From positions 1 to 62,567 of the forward strand of contig JBEWZL010000045.1 of NCBI GenBank assembly GCA_045837725.1: DNA of 62,567 nt, read 5' to 3'. The notes below the pieces were generated by a model. It worked only from the letters and a program-made list of their open reading frames with translations. It was not told the DNA's origin and did not search any database. Of the stretch, positions 1 to 9,741 are shown one piece after another (positions within the stretch are counted from its first letter, which is position 1; every line of letters begins with the position of its first letter). This DNA comes from Vermamoeba vermiformis (lineage: Eukaryota). A program made the translations under genes and the position numbers.

Positions 1-1420
1 GGCTATCTAGAAAAGTGCAACATAATTAGTCAGGTTGCAAGCACTGAAAACTACCTGATCCACTTACTTTCACGCTCCTGTCATCCCGGTGCAATTTTGT
101 GAGGTCTGCAGCAATGCTAGTGAGATAGCTATTGTAGTCCGCTTCAGCAGTCTTGCATTTGAACCAGGCATTCAGGAAGGAGCGATCCACCAAATCAAAA
201 TGATCTGAAGAAAGAGCGGCATCCACCTCAAAGGTTTGCGACGACTTCATCCCGTTTACGAATTTCGTGTAGGCGGCATAATCGATAGAGCAGTCGGAGA
301 GCTTGTCGAGCAGCGCACCAAAGTGATCAACTGCATCAAAAGATTAACAGGGGACTATGACGTATCTATTGACTCGCTTACCCTCAGGAGTTGCTGGTTT
401 TGCTTGCAACTCCTTTGCTGGAAAGATTTTCTGGGGGGCAATATCTCTTTGAGCAGACGGGGGCTTGGCTTTCTGGCTAGTCTCACACTGAACGGCTGGT
501 GACCAATCTTCTTCGTTTCCAGCGTGGTCCTCGACGGTTACCACCTGCGGAGGTGCCTTCTTGAACAATTTGTCCATCATTCCCTGACTCAGCTCAATTG
601 GCAACTCTCCTTCAACCATTGCTGTAGAAATGGGTTGAGCCAGTGCAATGCAGCAAAGTGCCACAAACAAACTCACCGATGAAGAGGTTCTCTTTGTGCT
701 TGAGTGTATCTGCCAAGAAGCCACCGTTGACAAACCTAGCAGTCAGTGCAAAGCCGTTCTTGACAAGGTAGTTGACGCACTTGACTGCCTTGCGAGCTGC
801 TCCTATCAAACATTTGAGTAAAATTGCATGTACCTTCGGCTGCTACTCACTGGACTCTGTAGTATCATCAATACGCTCCTTTAGAGCCTTCTTCTTCTTT
901 CCGGCAGGGGAACAGTCATTGCCTCGACTGTCTCCTGCTTGGTGGCCCATGTCATCCGCTTGGGGGTTCTTCACCTTGCTCCACCAATGCCGTGCCATCA
1001 TTTGGACCGTCCCAGCCATCCAGCTGTCCTTCTGGGTTGTCTGATGCTCTTGCAGGCACATCATCAACATGGTGCTAAGACTCCTCCTCTGCTGATAGAG
1101 ACAGAGCCTCGGCGACCTGCAGTGTGGCAATGCATTAAACAAGCTGCTTTTATTGAAGGCAATGTGATTATTCGATTTACCTTAAACCTCTTGGCCGGTC
1201 TCTCCGAGGACTCTTCATCGTCCTCGAGCACCCTCTTCCGCTTCTTGCCTGCTTGGGCCCAACAGGACTGAGCGTCTGCAAGCTGCTTTTCGGAGTACTC
1301 CAACTCTCCGTAACTAAAATAAATCGGTTCAGATGACGGTTACAACCCCAGTTAAAACACTTACTATTTTTTAATAAGGGCTCTCAAGTCGCTCTCAGAC
1401 CCCCATGTCTCTCCGGCTAC
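1..1420 (-). pseudogene. Degenerate multi-exon gene of unknown function with NLS-like motifs; runs off the left edge, 5' end not resolved
   Basis: GT-AG joins give ...ETWGSESDLRALIKKY|YGELEYSEKQLA...GKKRKR...PAKRFK|VAEALSLSAEEES* and later ...PATPE|VDHFGALLDKLSDCSIDYAAYTKFVNGMKSSQTFEVD...RSVK|gtaagt. The middle has in-frame TAG stops (about 1075, 843) and frame changes. Confidence 0.45.
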
Positions 1421-1926
1421 TAGGGCAAGGTAAAAAATGCACATCCAAAGGCGGGAACTTTTTGTCGGTTGGATTTTTGGATGCGGATTTTTACTCCAAA
1501 GACCGACTCTTCTCCCTATAATTAAATCTATTCTAGGCCCTGAAGCCTTTGACAGCCTCGGCTCAATTAATGAGATTTGAGTGAGAAAAATAACAATTTT
1601 GGATTTTGAATCCTGCGGTCTTGCGTGCTCGGATAAAATTTTATCGACCAAGCCTACATAATTTTCCTTTCGTGTAATTTTATCAGTCATAACTTACTTA
1701 AATCTTTCAAAAGTTGGTGCGTGGTTGTGCGTACTTGATTTTCGGCAAAAATAACGGTACAAAAAAAGCGCGCTACTGGCCATTGGTGGGTAAGCCAAAA
1801 AAGGAAACCCTTGTCTTGGGCAAACATATTGAATATAAACACGACCATTAGAAGGTGGTTTATTTATGCAACGTATTTTAATGCGTTAAACAGAATGCAC
1901 TCAAAGAAAGCATCCAGATCCTTCGT

Positions 1927-2438
1927 TTACCATTCGTGCAGTTGGTCTCCTCGGATTCTTCTGGCCAATTGCATATCCTTTGGCATTATAGTTACTCTCT
2001 TGGCATGGATGGCTGCCAAATTGGAGAGCTCCAGCAGAGTGACGAGAAATTCCTCGGCCGATTCCTGCAAGGCGAGCATTGCATTTTTCTGGAAACGAAG
2101 ATCCGTCTTAAAATCTTGGGTAATCTCTCTGACCAATCTGCAGAAAGGAGCAAAGGGCAACAGCAGGTTATAGGACTTTTGGTACTTTCGGATCTCGCGA
2201 AGAGCAACTAAAGGTAATTATTAAAAAAATTAATTCAAAATATTAGCAAATAAATGATTATAATTAAGTATTAGTTATGCTAAATTATTTTCTTCAATAT
2301 CTTACCAGTCCCGGGTCTAAATCTGTGCGGTTTTTTAGCGGATCCCTTCGGAATTTTACTGCGCTTCTTCGGCGCATTGTTCTTACGTGGAGCCTTGCCT
2401 CCCGTGCTTTTTCTTGTGTGTTGTTTCGTTCGTGCCAT
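1927..2438 (-). CDS. H3: Divergent histone H3 variant, 2 exons (2438-2306, 2207-1927)
   Basis: Spliced product [84 protein letters not shown]...[28 protein letters not shown]. The 98-nt GTAAG...TAG intron keeps the frame. Confidence 0.95.
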
Positions 2439-2491
2439 ATTATTACATGTATTAAACCGAGTTTTTGGTTAGTTTATTTTTTGACCAGATC

Positions 2492-3546
2492 ATGGAACAC
2501 AAAATCAATTTTAGGTAAGCATTAATACAACTTTATTTATTAATAATAATATTTCAATATAATTATTAGACAAGTGGGCAACCCAGATTTATTCGATTAT
2601 TTTTACCTGGATGTGGCCCGGCAAGAATTTTTGCTCACTATCAACGGTGCTGCTAGAATCCTTGGCAAAACTAAGTTTGCATGGATGAAAGCAGCAAAGA
2701 AAGGTAATAAATTTAATTTTTAAAATATTATTTATTTCTGATCTGATCATTAACCAGATCCCGAGTACGCCAGCATTGTAGTCGAAAATGTTGCCATTGA
2801 ATGGTTTGAGGGGGAAAGGGTTGACGGCAATGCTTTGCGTGCCAAGTGGATCAACTTGCAAGGGTTGAACAAACTCGTTCCCCTGTACATACGAAACAAA
2901 AACTTGAATGCAGTGTGCAGTGTGTTGACGTAAGTATTGTTATTCTTTATTTTAACTTATCCACAATTTTTAGTGAGCAACTCTTCACCTTGGGACTTGA
3001 AAATGTTCTCCAAGTCCAAATAGATGCCGAGAGCAATCGAGTAAAGGTAAGTCGTATCATGCATTAAATATCCATTTATTAACTTTTGGACAGTTTGCCC
3101 TGGTTGACGACCTTTCCAAAGCCTATGCTCCCTATCAGAGGCCTCCTACTGAAGTTGAGCTGCTTCCAGATGGAGTGGAAGTGCTCAATTTGGTTGCCAA
3201 ACGCGTTGACGAGCTCACGGATAACTGGCTGGCTGAACAGTACCTAACAGCTGACAATAAAGCTTTGCTGGATAAAGCCCCTGATTTGCCTTTCGATGAT
3301 AGGTGCCGTCAGCGGTTGCGCAATACCATTGCCAACCTCTTTGCCTCCTTCTCTGAGGAGGAACAAAGACTCAGAACCTTGCGAGCAAGCGACACCGAAG
3401 ATGATGAAGAGGATGAGGAATCAGAAGAGGAAGAAGAAGAGGAGGATGATGACGAAGACTACGGTGAGAGCAATGACCATTCCAGCTCCTCGGTGGAGGA
3501 GAAGTCAAACGATGAGTCTTCTGTTGACTCTATGGATATTGATTAA
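2492..3546 (+). CDS. Five-exon protein with Bro-N/P63C-like N-terminal region (tentative) and long Asp/Glu-rich C-terminal tail
   Basis: Four GT-AG introns keep one frame: MEHKINFR|QVGNPDLFDYFYLDVARQEFLLTINGAARILGKTKFAWMKAAKK|DPEY...RAKWINLQGLNKLVPLY...|EQLFTLG...|FALVDD...DTEDDEEDEESEEEEEEEDDDED...MDID*. The domain call is from motif resemblance only. Confidence 0.7.
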
Positions 3547-4961
3547 GTATGAAATATAAAGCGTCTTTTCTTAATTTAGCTTACCGATTATCATCTTGGA
3601 AATGCAACGAACAGCTTGCTTTTGCGAATTGCCACCTGAATAACGCTTTTCAACTTCCGCCACCGATCTTTGCTCATTGTGGGCAATCAATTTAAGATAT
3701 GCTCTTGATATAATTAGTAATGCATATTGGTGAATAGAGAGTTACTTACCAGTTGTTATTCCGCCAAATCCAACGATCCCGTATCTCGAATCGAAAACTT
3801 TTTTGCTTTTACGGCCTTAATTGATGTTTGCTATTAATAAAAGTAATTAAAATATTATAGGGATATATTTTAATACGTCTGCAACTTCAACAATTGCAGA
3901 TTTGACCCGGATCAAAAAATTGATCAGGACCAAAAATTGATAGAAAATCGATATAATTATTTTTTTAACGTGTAATATGTTATTTTTATGCTATTCTAAT
4001 ATAATTTATATGAAATTAATCATTAAAAGACTTACCAGTCGCAAAATCCAAAAAAAAAAATTAAATCTGGCTTGCATTGGAAAAAAAGTTTTTCTAGTCT
4101 CTGCTAGGTTATTTAATCTCGTGGTAAATTACACCCCACGAGATTTTGACCCTTTGTGCCCCTCTGTTGCGGCTGCATTGGATCCCAGGATAGAAATACT
4201 AACGGCCACAGGTGAAAATCCTCCCAAAAACCGCGAGGGAGGATTTTACTGGAACGCACTTTTCTCGGTTCGGCGGTCTCCAGTATTAAAAGTAATTACA
4301 TAGTGATGATCAGCGACGTTTACTCTATAACGTCAATTGCTTTGAGGCCAATTGGTAAGTGTTTTTAATAAATTTTTATTCGGTTGCACAAATTCGTTTC
4401 TAAATCTGGCAACGCTGGATCAAAGATTAAAAACCTTCAAATTTAACGCTTCTTTTCACTTCATTATATTATATTGACAGTAATTAATACTACTATGCTT
4501 CTCCCATCAATATTCATTGCCTACTAACATGTGGGCAATGAAGCAGATCCTGAATCCGAAAATTTTTGGCTTAATAATGACTCAGTACAGTTACTAATAC
4601 GGTGAATATCTATTAAACAGACTGCTTTTTGCATTGGCAACGCGATTATTCATTTTTGCTCGGGCGTACGTACTTTGAACTTTCTCATCCCGAATCTGCA
4701 ACCAAACTCTCTATCAAAAAATTGGTAACACTTCAATATTTATTCACATTGCATTTCTGATCATTATTTTGCATTCAGGCAAGTCTAAAACTTTTGTGCC
4801 CCCAATCCCAAGTTGTAACCACAGGTTTAAAACTTTAAAGTATCAAACAGATAGCTTTCGATGAAAGCAATGCGATTAATGTATTATTTAACTTTGCTCA
4901 ATAGGTCTACACGAGTTTCCAAAGCTTTCATTTTTTGTTTTTCCCAAAACGTAGCAACACA

Positions 4962-5600
4962 ATGGACCGTCGCCTAAAGCTCTTCTCAAATATGTAAGTG
5001 CTTGAATTATCTAATTGTACATTATTTAATGCATAATACAGCCCGCCCAGAGACCCTGGTGCACCTCGCATACTGCTTGGACCCCGCCGTGCATCCACGA
5101 CCGACGATACACCCTCCGCACCCAGCAAGCGCCGCAAGTACGAGCAGGTAGTAGGTGCTCCTCTTTACCCACCTTCTTAACAGATCTTTTCGTAGCCTTT
5201 GTTGCCAATCATTCCAAGCCAGGTAATCCTCCCCAGGATTGCCTTGTTATGGAGTCAGTCGTTTGATTCTTCACCTGGTGGGTGCCAATGGAGCCTTGGA
5301 TCACTAAGACTTGTCAGCCGCAATTGCAAACATATCTGTGATGAATACTTGTTGGATCGAGCTGCTTCGCTGGGATCTGTTGCTGGAATGGTCAAGCTCT
5401 CTGGCCTGCGCTTTCAGCCCACCAACAATACCTGTCGCTTGGCTGCTGCTCAAGGGCACTTGGAATGCTTGGTCTTTGCCTACTGCAACCTTTACATTCC
5501 CTTGGAAGATGCATTGAGCATTGCTCAGTCATCAGGCTTTGTCCACATCCTTGCTTATGCCAAGAAAGCTGCATGGCCAGTACCGAAGAAACTACAATAG
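4962..5600 (+). CDS. Small F-box-like plus ankyrin-repeat protein (giant-virus-type ankyrin), 3 exons
   Basis: MDRRLKLFSNI|PPRDPG...PSKRRKYEQ|PLLPIIPSQVILPRIALLW...SLRLVSRNCKHICD (F-box-like), then LDRAASLG, TCRLAAAQGHLECLVFAY and ALSIAQSSGFVHILAYAK (ankyrin-like). Confidence 0.6.
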
Positions 5601-5761
5601 TCATTATTCTGTTAATGCTTATAGCAGACGTAATGCAGCCAAAATGCAATAAACAGGTTTCTTTCATCGAGTGCAGCCTGTTTGATACACTTTCAGCCCA
5701 CCCAAGCAGCAGGGCATCCTCCAGAGATGATACCTTGTGTATTCACTGGTCCTTGTGGGGG

Positions 5762-5890
5762 AGGGCGTCCGCCATGGAGGACGCCCTATGGTACGTGTTT
5801 GTCTCAGCAGGGGAGGACGCCCTATGTACTTATCCGTGCCGGTCTGAGGGGGGGGAGGGCGTCCTCCATGGAGGACGCCCTATGTACGTG
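5762..5890. repeat. Two copies of a 26-bp GC-rich palindrome plus a half copy
   Basis: AGGGCGTCCTCCATGGAGGACGCCCT is a perfect palindrome at 5856-5881, with a 1-mismatch copy at 5762-5787 and a half copy GGAGGACGCCCTATGTAC at 5812-5829. Confidence 0.9.
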
Positions 5891-6110
5891 CCCAACTGAC
5901 CTCAAAACTCCCAGCCCTAGCCCTATTACCAGTATAATCAAGCACAAAAATAGAAAAATCTAAATAAATTTGCAAATTGATTATTTCGTGCAAATTATGC
6001 TTTTTCCGATACGAGTTGGCTTACCACTTGCTTCTCCGCTCTTTAATAAATTTTTGAGGTATTCTGAAATCATTAATGAAATGTCACGGTCTGATACTCT
6101 TGTCTACTTA

Positions 6111-7219
6111 TCGAAAGGTATTGTAAAAATGCATTTGGGTATATTTGGGGGGCATTGGGAGGATTATTGTTGGAAAATCGATGTTTTGTAAGATTTTAAT
6201 AAAATTTGATGTTGGCCCTTGAAATCACTTGCAAAAATCTGCAAATTTTCAATCATTGCTGCCCCATTCGGAAATCATTAGCAATTTCCAAATTAGGAAG
6301 GTTGCCAGCATAAACAATGCTTTACAGCATGTACATACCATTCCAACTTGTCCCGTCAAATTCTGTCAATTACTAACTGTTTGCCAGAATGCTCCAAGGT
6401 GGTAACAGGCAGTTAGTGTAACTAGCAAATATAACCATATATGGCAAGAGGTTATGGACATCATAAGTGGACCTTTACAAAAAACAATGATTTGAACTTG
6501 CCGCACCAAATTCCGGCAATTACTAACGACTTCCTTGTTGCTCGTAATCCTTGTAAATTCTGTTTTTTAACTGAAATTTCGGGATTTGACAGTAATTACC
6601 AAATTAGGAAATGATGGGGCAGTTGGCATTTGTTGCACCATGGTTACTAAAGTTGAAACTTGTCCCAACAGTTTTTATCAATTACTAACGATTTGCTGAT
6701 CACTTTACTATATTTCTATATTAGGCAAGTAGAAAACTCAGTTTTCAGCTGGGAAGTGCAAGGCATATAAATGATGGAGGGAAACTGTTAGTAATTGCCA
6801 GATCATATGCACACAAGTGCCAAGAGGAGTGTTTTGCAAATGTCTACCTCATGGACCACTGATATGCACCACAAATTTCCTTTTTAGGCTATTCCATGCT
6901 ATATACTTGCTTTTTGCACTGTATTTGCCCTAGGAACACTCAAGTAAGCATCAGACTCCAATTCTTTTGTGTACCATGATCTGGCAACCTTCAAAGCATC
7001 AAATCATGATTACAAACCAGTGAAACACTTCCTAATATGGGCGCCTTAGAGTAAAATGGGGGTTTCCCAGTTGATTTTCAAGAAAACAGGCTGTAACTTC
7101 AGCTCTACGGCATATTTTGATGTGCCGTTTTTTTTGTTCAACTTGCACTTCCATGTACTATGGGTTTTCTGAATAAAAAAATGAAATATACCCAAATGCA
7201 TTTTTACAATACCCTCCGA
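6111..7219. mobile_element. Non-autonomous TIR DNA element (MITE-like), about 1.1 kb, 36-bp TIRs, TACTTA target-site duplication
   Basis: Left end TCGAAAGGTATTGTAAAAATGCATTTGGGTATATTT (6111-6146) matches the reverse complement of the right end (7184-7219) with 2 mismatches. TACTTA flanks both ends (6105-6110, 7220-7225). No credible ORF inside. Confidence 0.85.
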
Positions 7220-7538
7220 TACTTACTAGGAAGGCTCATAGCTCTTGCTTCGAGTATTTATACACTAATTTCCTGGCATTGACTTTCCTTTGTGGTCATA
7301 AGATCGAATTGTCGCCTGAAATTCAAAAATCTAAATTTGAAGTTAAATCGTTATTAGCACGCATCGCGACGCCCAAAGAATTGTATGTCTTACCGTTGCA
7401 TTCTCCAGTATGCAGCGCATTTTCAGATGGTCAAAATTAAAAAATTAACAGAGCAACGCACATTTCGGATCGCGTTGCATTGGCTAAATGATCACACTTC
7501 GGCAATTCAACTTAAAATGAATTTTAATACAACTATAA

Positions 7539-9388
7539 TTACAAATCAGTGTGTGTCGCTGTAGTTGGCACGCTGTTAGTCTTCTTTGAGGTAGACTGGA
7601 ATGATGGTGGTACAGAAAAGGCCAAAATATTGCACAGAGACACAGTGTTGAGAGCTGCGTGACCGAGCCAAATATCGAACATGTAGCCCTCGGGAAACTG
7701 CAACATGAATATAGCAAATGCTGTGGATATCGCTGACAACAACAGACCAAAAGCAGTGAACCCAATACGCAGTGAGATCTAATAACGTTAACGACGATTT
7801 CAAAAATGAAGCTGAACAATCGCTTACTCTTGCCGTGTATCGGTCCTTCATTCGTTGGCTGTTTCGTACTCGCTTCACAACACGAGCAGCAGTGATGACG
7901 TAAAACACACCAATAGACAGACCAACAATAGTGTAAATGATACCATCCACGTACAACATGGTGTTGGTGAGACCGAGGGGCAGACATCGCAGGATATTAA
8001 CGATGACTTCCAACCCGAACAAACAAAAGCTCGTGACTATGAAGGGAATTTTCAGCTTCTTGATGCCTGAATTCACATCAATTTTGTTCGAGGCGAGAAT
8101 CTCGTGCCTAAAATCAAATATTATTAGAACTAGCCCCGCATCACATCCACCTACGAGACCTACCAGAAGAATGTAATCATCAACGAAGGAGTCAAAGTGA
8201 ATGGCACGCTGATTAATAGCATCACAATATTCCCGTTACGATTGTAAAGCCGACGCATGCCACCGATGTCAGGTGCGTATGAGAGACGGACTGATAGACT
8301 TCGAATTAGACCAGTTCAATAAAAGTACGTGCTCTACTTACGCAAGTTCGCGGCCATATCAATTGCGAGACTGATTTGCGGGATGTTAAACGCAAGGCCT
8401 TCATCGCGACGAATAAACGCGCGTAATCTAATAATACCAATGACAATATTCGTGATCTCGAACAGGCCCAACGATATCTGTACTAGGTAGAGCCAGCCAG
8501 ATTCAAATACGGGCTGCCATGGGTTCTCTGAAAATCACAAAATAAATTAAAATTGGAGGAAACTCGGCAAATAATAATAATTATTAAATTCACACTCACG
8601 TTCGAATTGAATTTGCACCGGCATCGTGTCGTACAACTTGATGTTGCTTGTAATAAATTCGTATTGCGTCTCTTCAAGCTCAACAAAGTCTATTTTGATG
8701 TCACTCGCGTCGCCATTGTTAGTGGCATATTGAATAAAACCGGGCACACCTGTCAGAGTGATCGAATAGAAGTTAGCGAACATATGATACAACATGAAAT
8801 GTATTTCATTATATTTGATACCAATATTTCAGTCAAGTATAATAAGGTTATGTAAAGAGCCTTGCAACGCGGTTGAAAACTCGATCAGCGTGCACCAAGT
8901 CTTTAAAAAGTTGCTTACCAGAAAACCCTTGCATGACAACGGCAATGGCACCTTTTTGTTGCATATCTCGTAAGATGTCTTCGGGTGGTACGAACAGATC
9001 CGTCAAAACAATTTTTCCATTCACATCCGGCCATGAAGACCGAAGAGAAGGATCACCAGCATATATTAAGGTACCATTGTAACCCTCAGAAACATTTTTT
9101 CCTGCTGGAAATATGTCAGTAAATAATAATACTACTTCGGTGCACAACGTGCGGATGGAGCACCGACGACAACAGTAAATTTGAAATTTTGGAATATCAA
9201 TTCCGTTTCAAATCGTTTTATACTAATATTTGTTAGCTATATTGCGTTATTCAAGACTTACCAGTCAACAGCAGTTGAGCGGTTTCATAATTTCCTGCTA
9301 CGGCAATTGGCTCGAAAATTACCAGCTGACAGCCAACGCGACAAATTATACAAAGTATAAGGACATTAATAATCTTCAACTGAATCAT
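7539..9388 (-). CDS. Signal peptide + PA (protease-associated) domain + multi-pass (about 7 TM) membrane protein
   Basis: Exon 1 MIQLKIINVLILCIICRVGCQLVIFEP; PA-like DVNGKIVL...DMQQKGAIAVVMQG; then several hydrophobic helices (IPFIVTSFCLFGLEVIVNIL, GIIYTIVGLSIGVFYVITAA) and a Ser/Thr tail. Internal exon boundaries are approximate. Confidence 0.6.
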
Positions 9389-9741
9389 GTTTGGAAACTA
9401 TTAGTCGACCTGAAACGAAGCGTCAGTCTAGATCCCCGAAAATTTTAAATTCGTAATAAACAACAACTTACAATGCATCTATATGAAATACCACGTGTTG
9501 TGGCAGTCTACTCTTCAAGAATTACGTTTAATAGCTTTTTGGAGTCATCTCCAAGTGATGGTTGACACGTGCTTCTTTATTTGGTAAAAATAACGTGACG
9601 GGACCGCGGGGAGAAATGTGACCATAACTCGCACCAGAGGCCTTTCGAACGGTCCATATGGATTGTTTGGTCGTACAATAGCCTTGAATGGCTGCGGTTG
9701 GTGCCTCTTACAGTGAGTTCAACCATCGGATGTAGTGGACC

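Noticed and set aside
1927-2438. Calling the H3 variant CenH3
   Set aside because: The N-terminal tail is largely canonical, loop 1 is not extended and F84 is retained; only some CenH3-like substitutions are present.
3575-4530. Possible small spliced genes (minus strand 3575-3900, plus strand from about 4307)
   Set aside because: Splice-like signals exist, but I could not assemble a convincing open frame or recognise a product.
5762-5890. CRISPR-like array
   Set aside because: Only two and a half units, irregular spacing, eukaryotic context and no cas genes.
5905-5930. Telomere-like CCCTAGCCCTA (also TTTAGGG at about 60722 and CCCTAAA at about 62465)
   Set aside because: One or two units only; the latter two are better explained as transposon subterminal motifs.
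5856-5935. Helitron 3' end (hairpin plus CTAG)
   Set aside because: The nearest CTAG is about 35 bp from the palindrome and is followed by C rather than T, and no Rep/helicase is present in the window.
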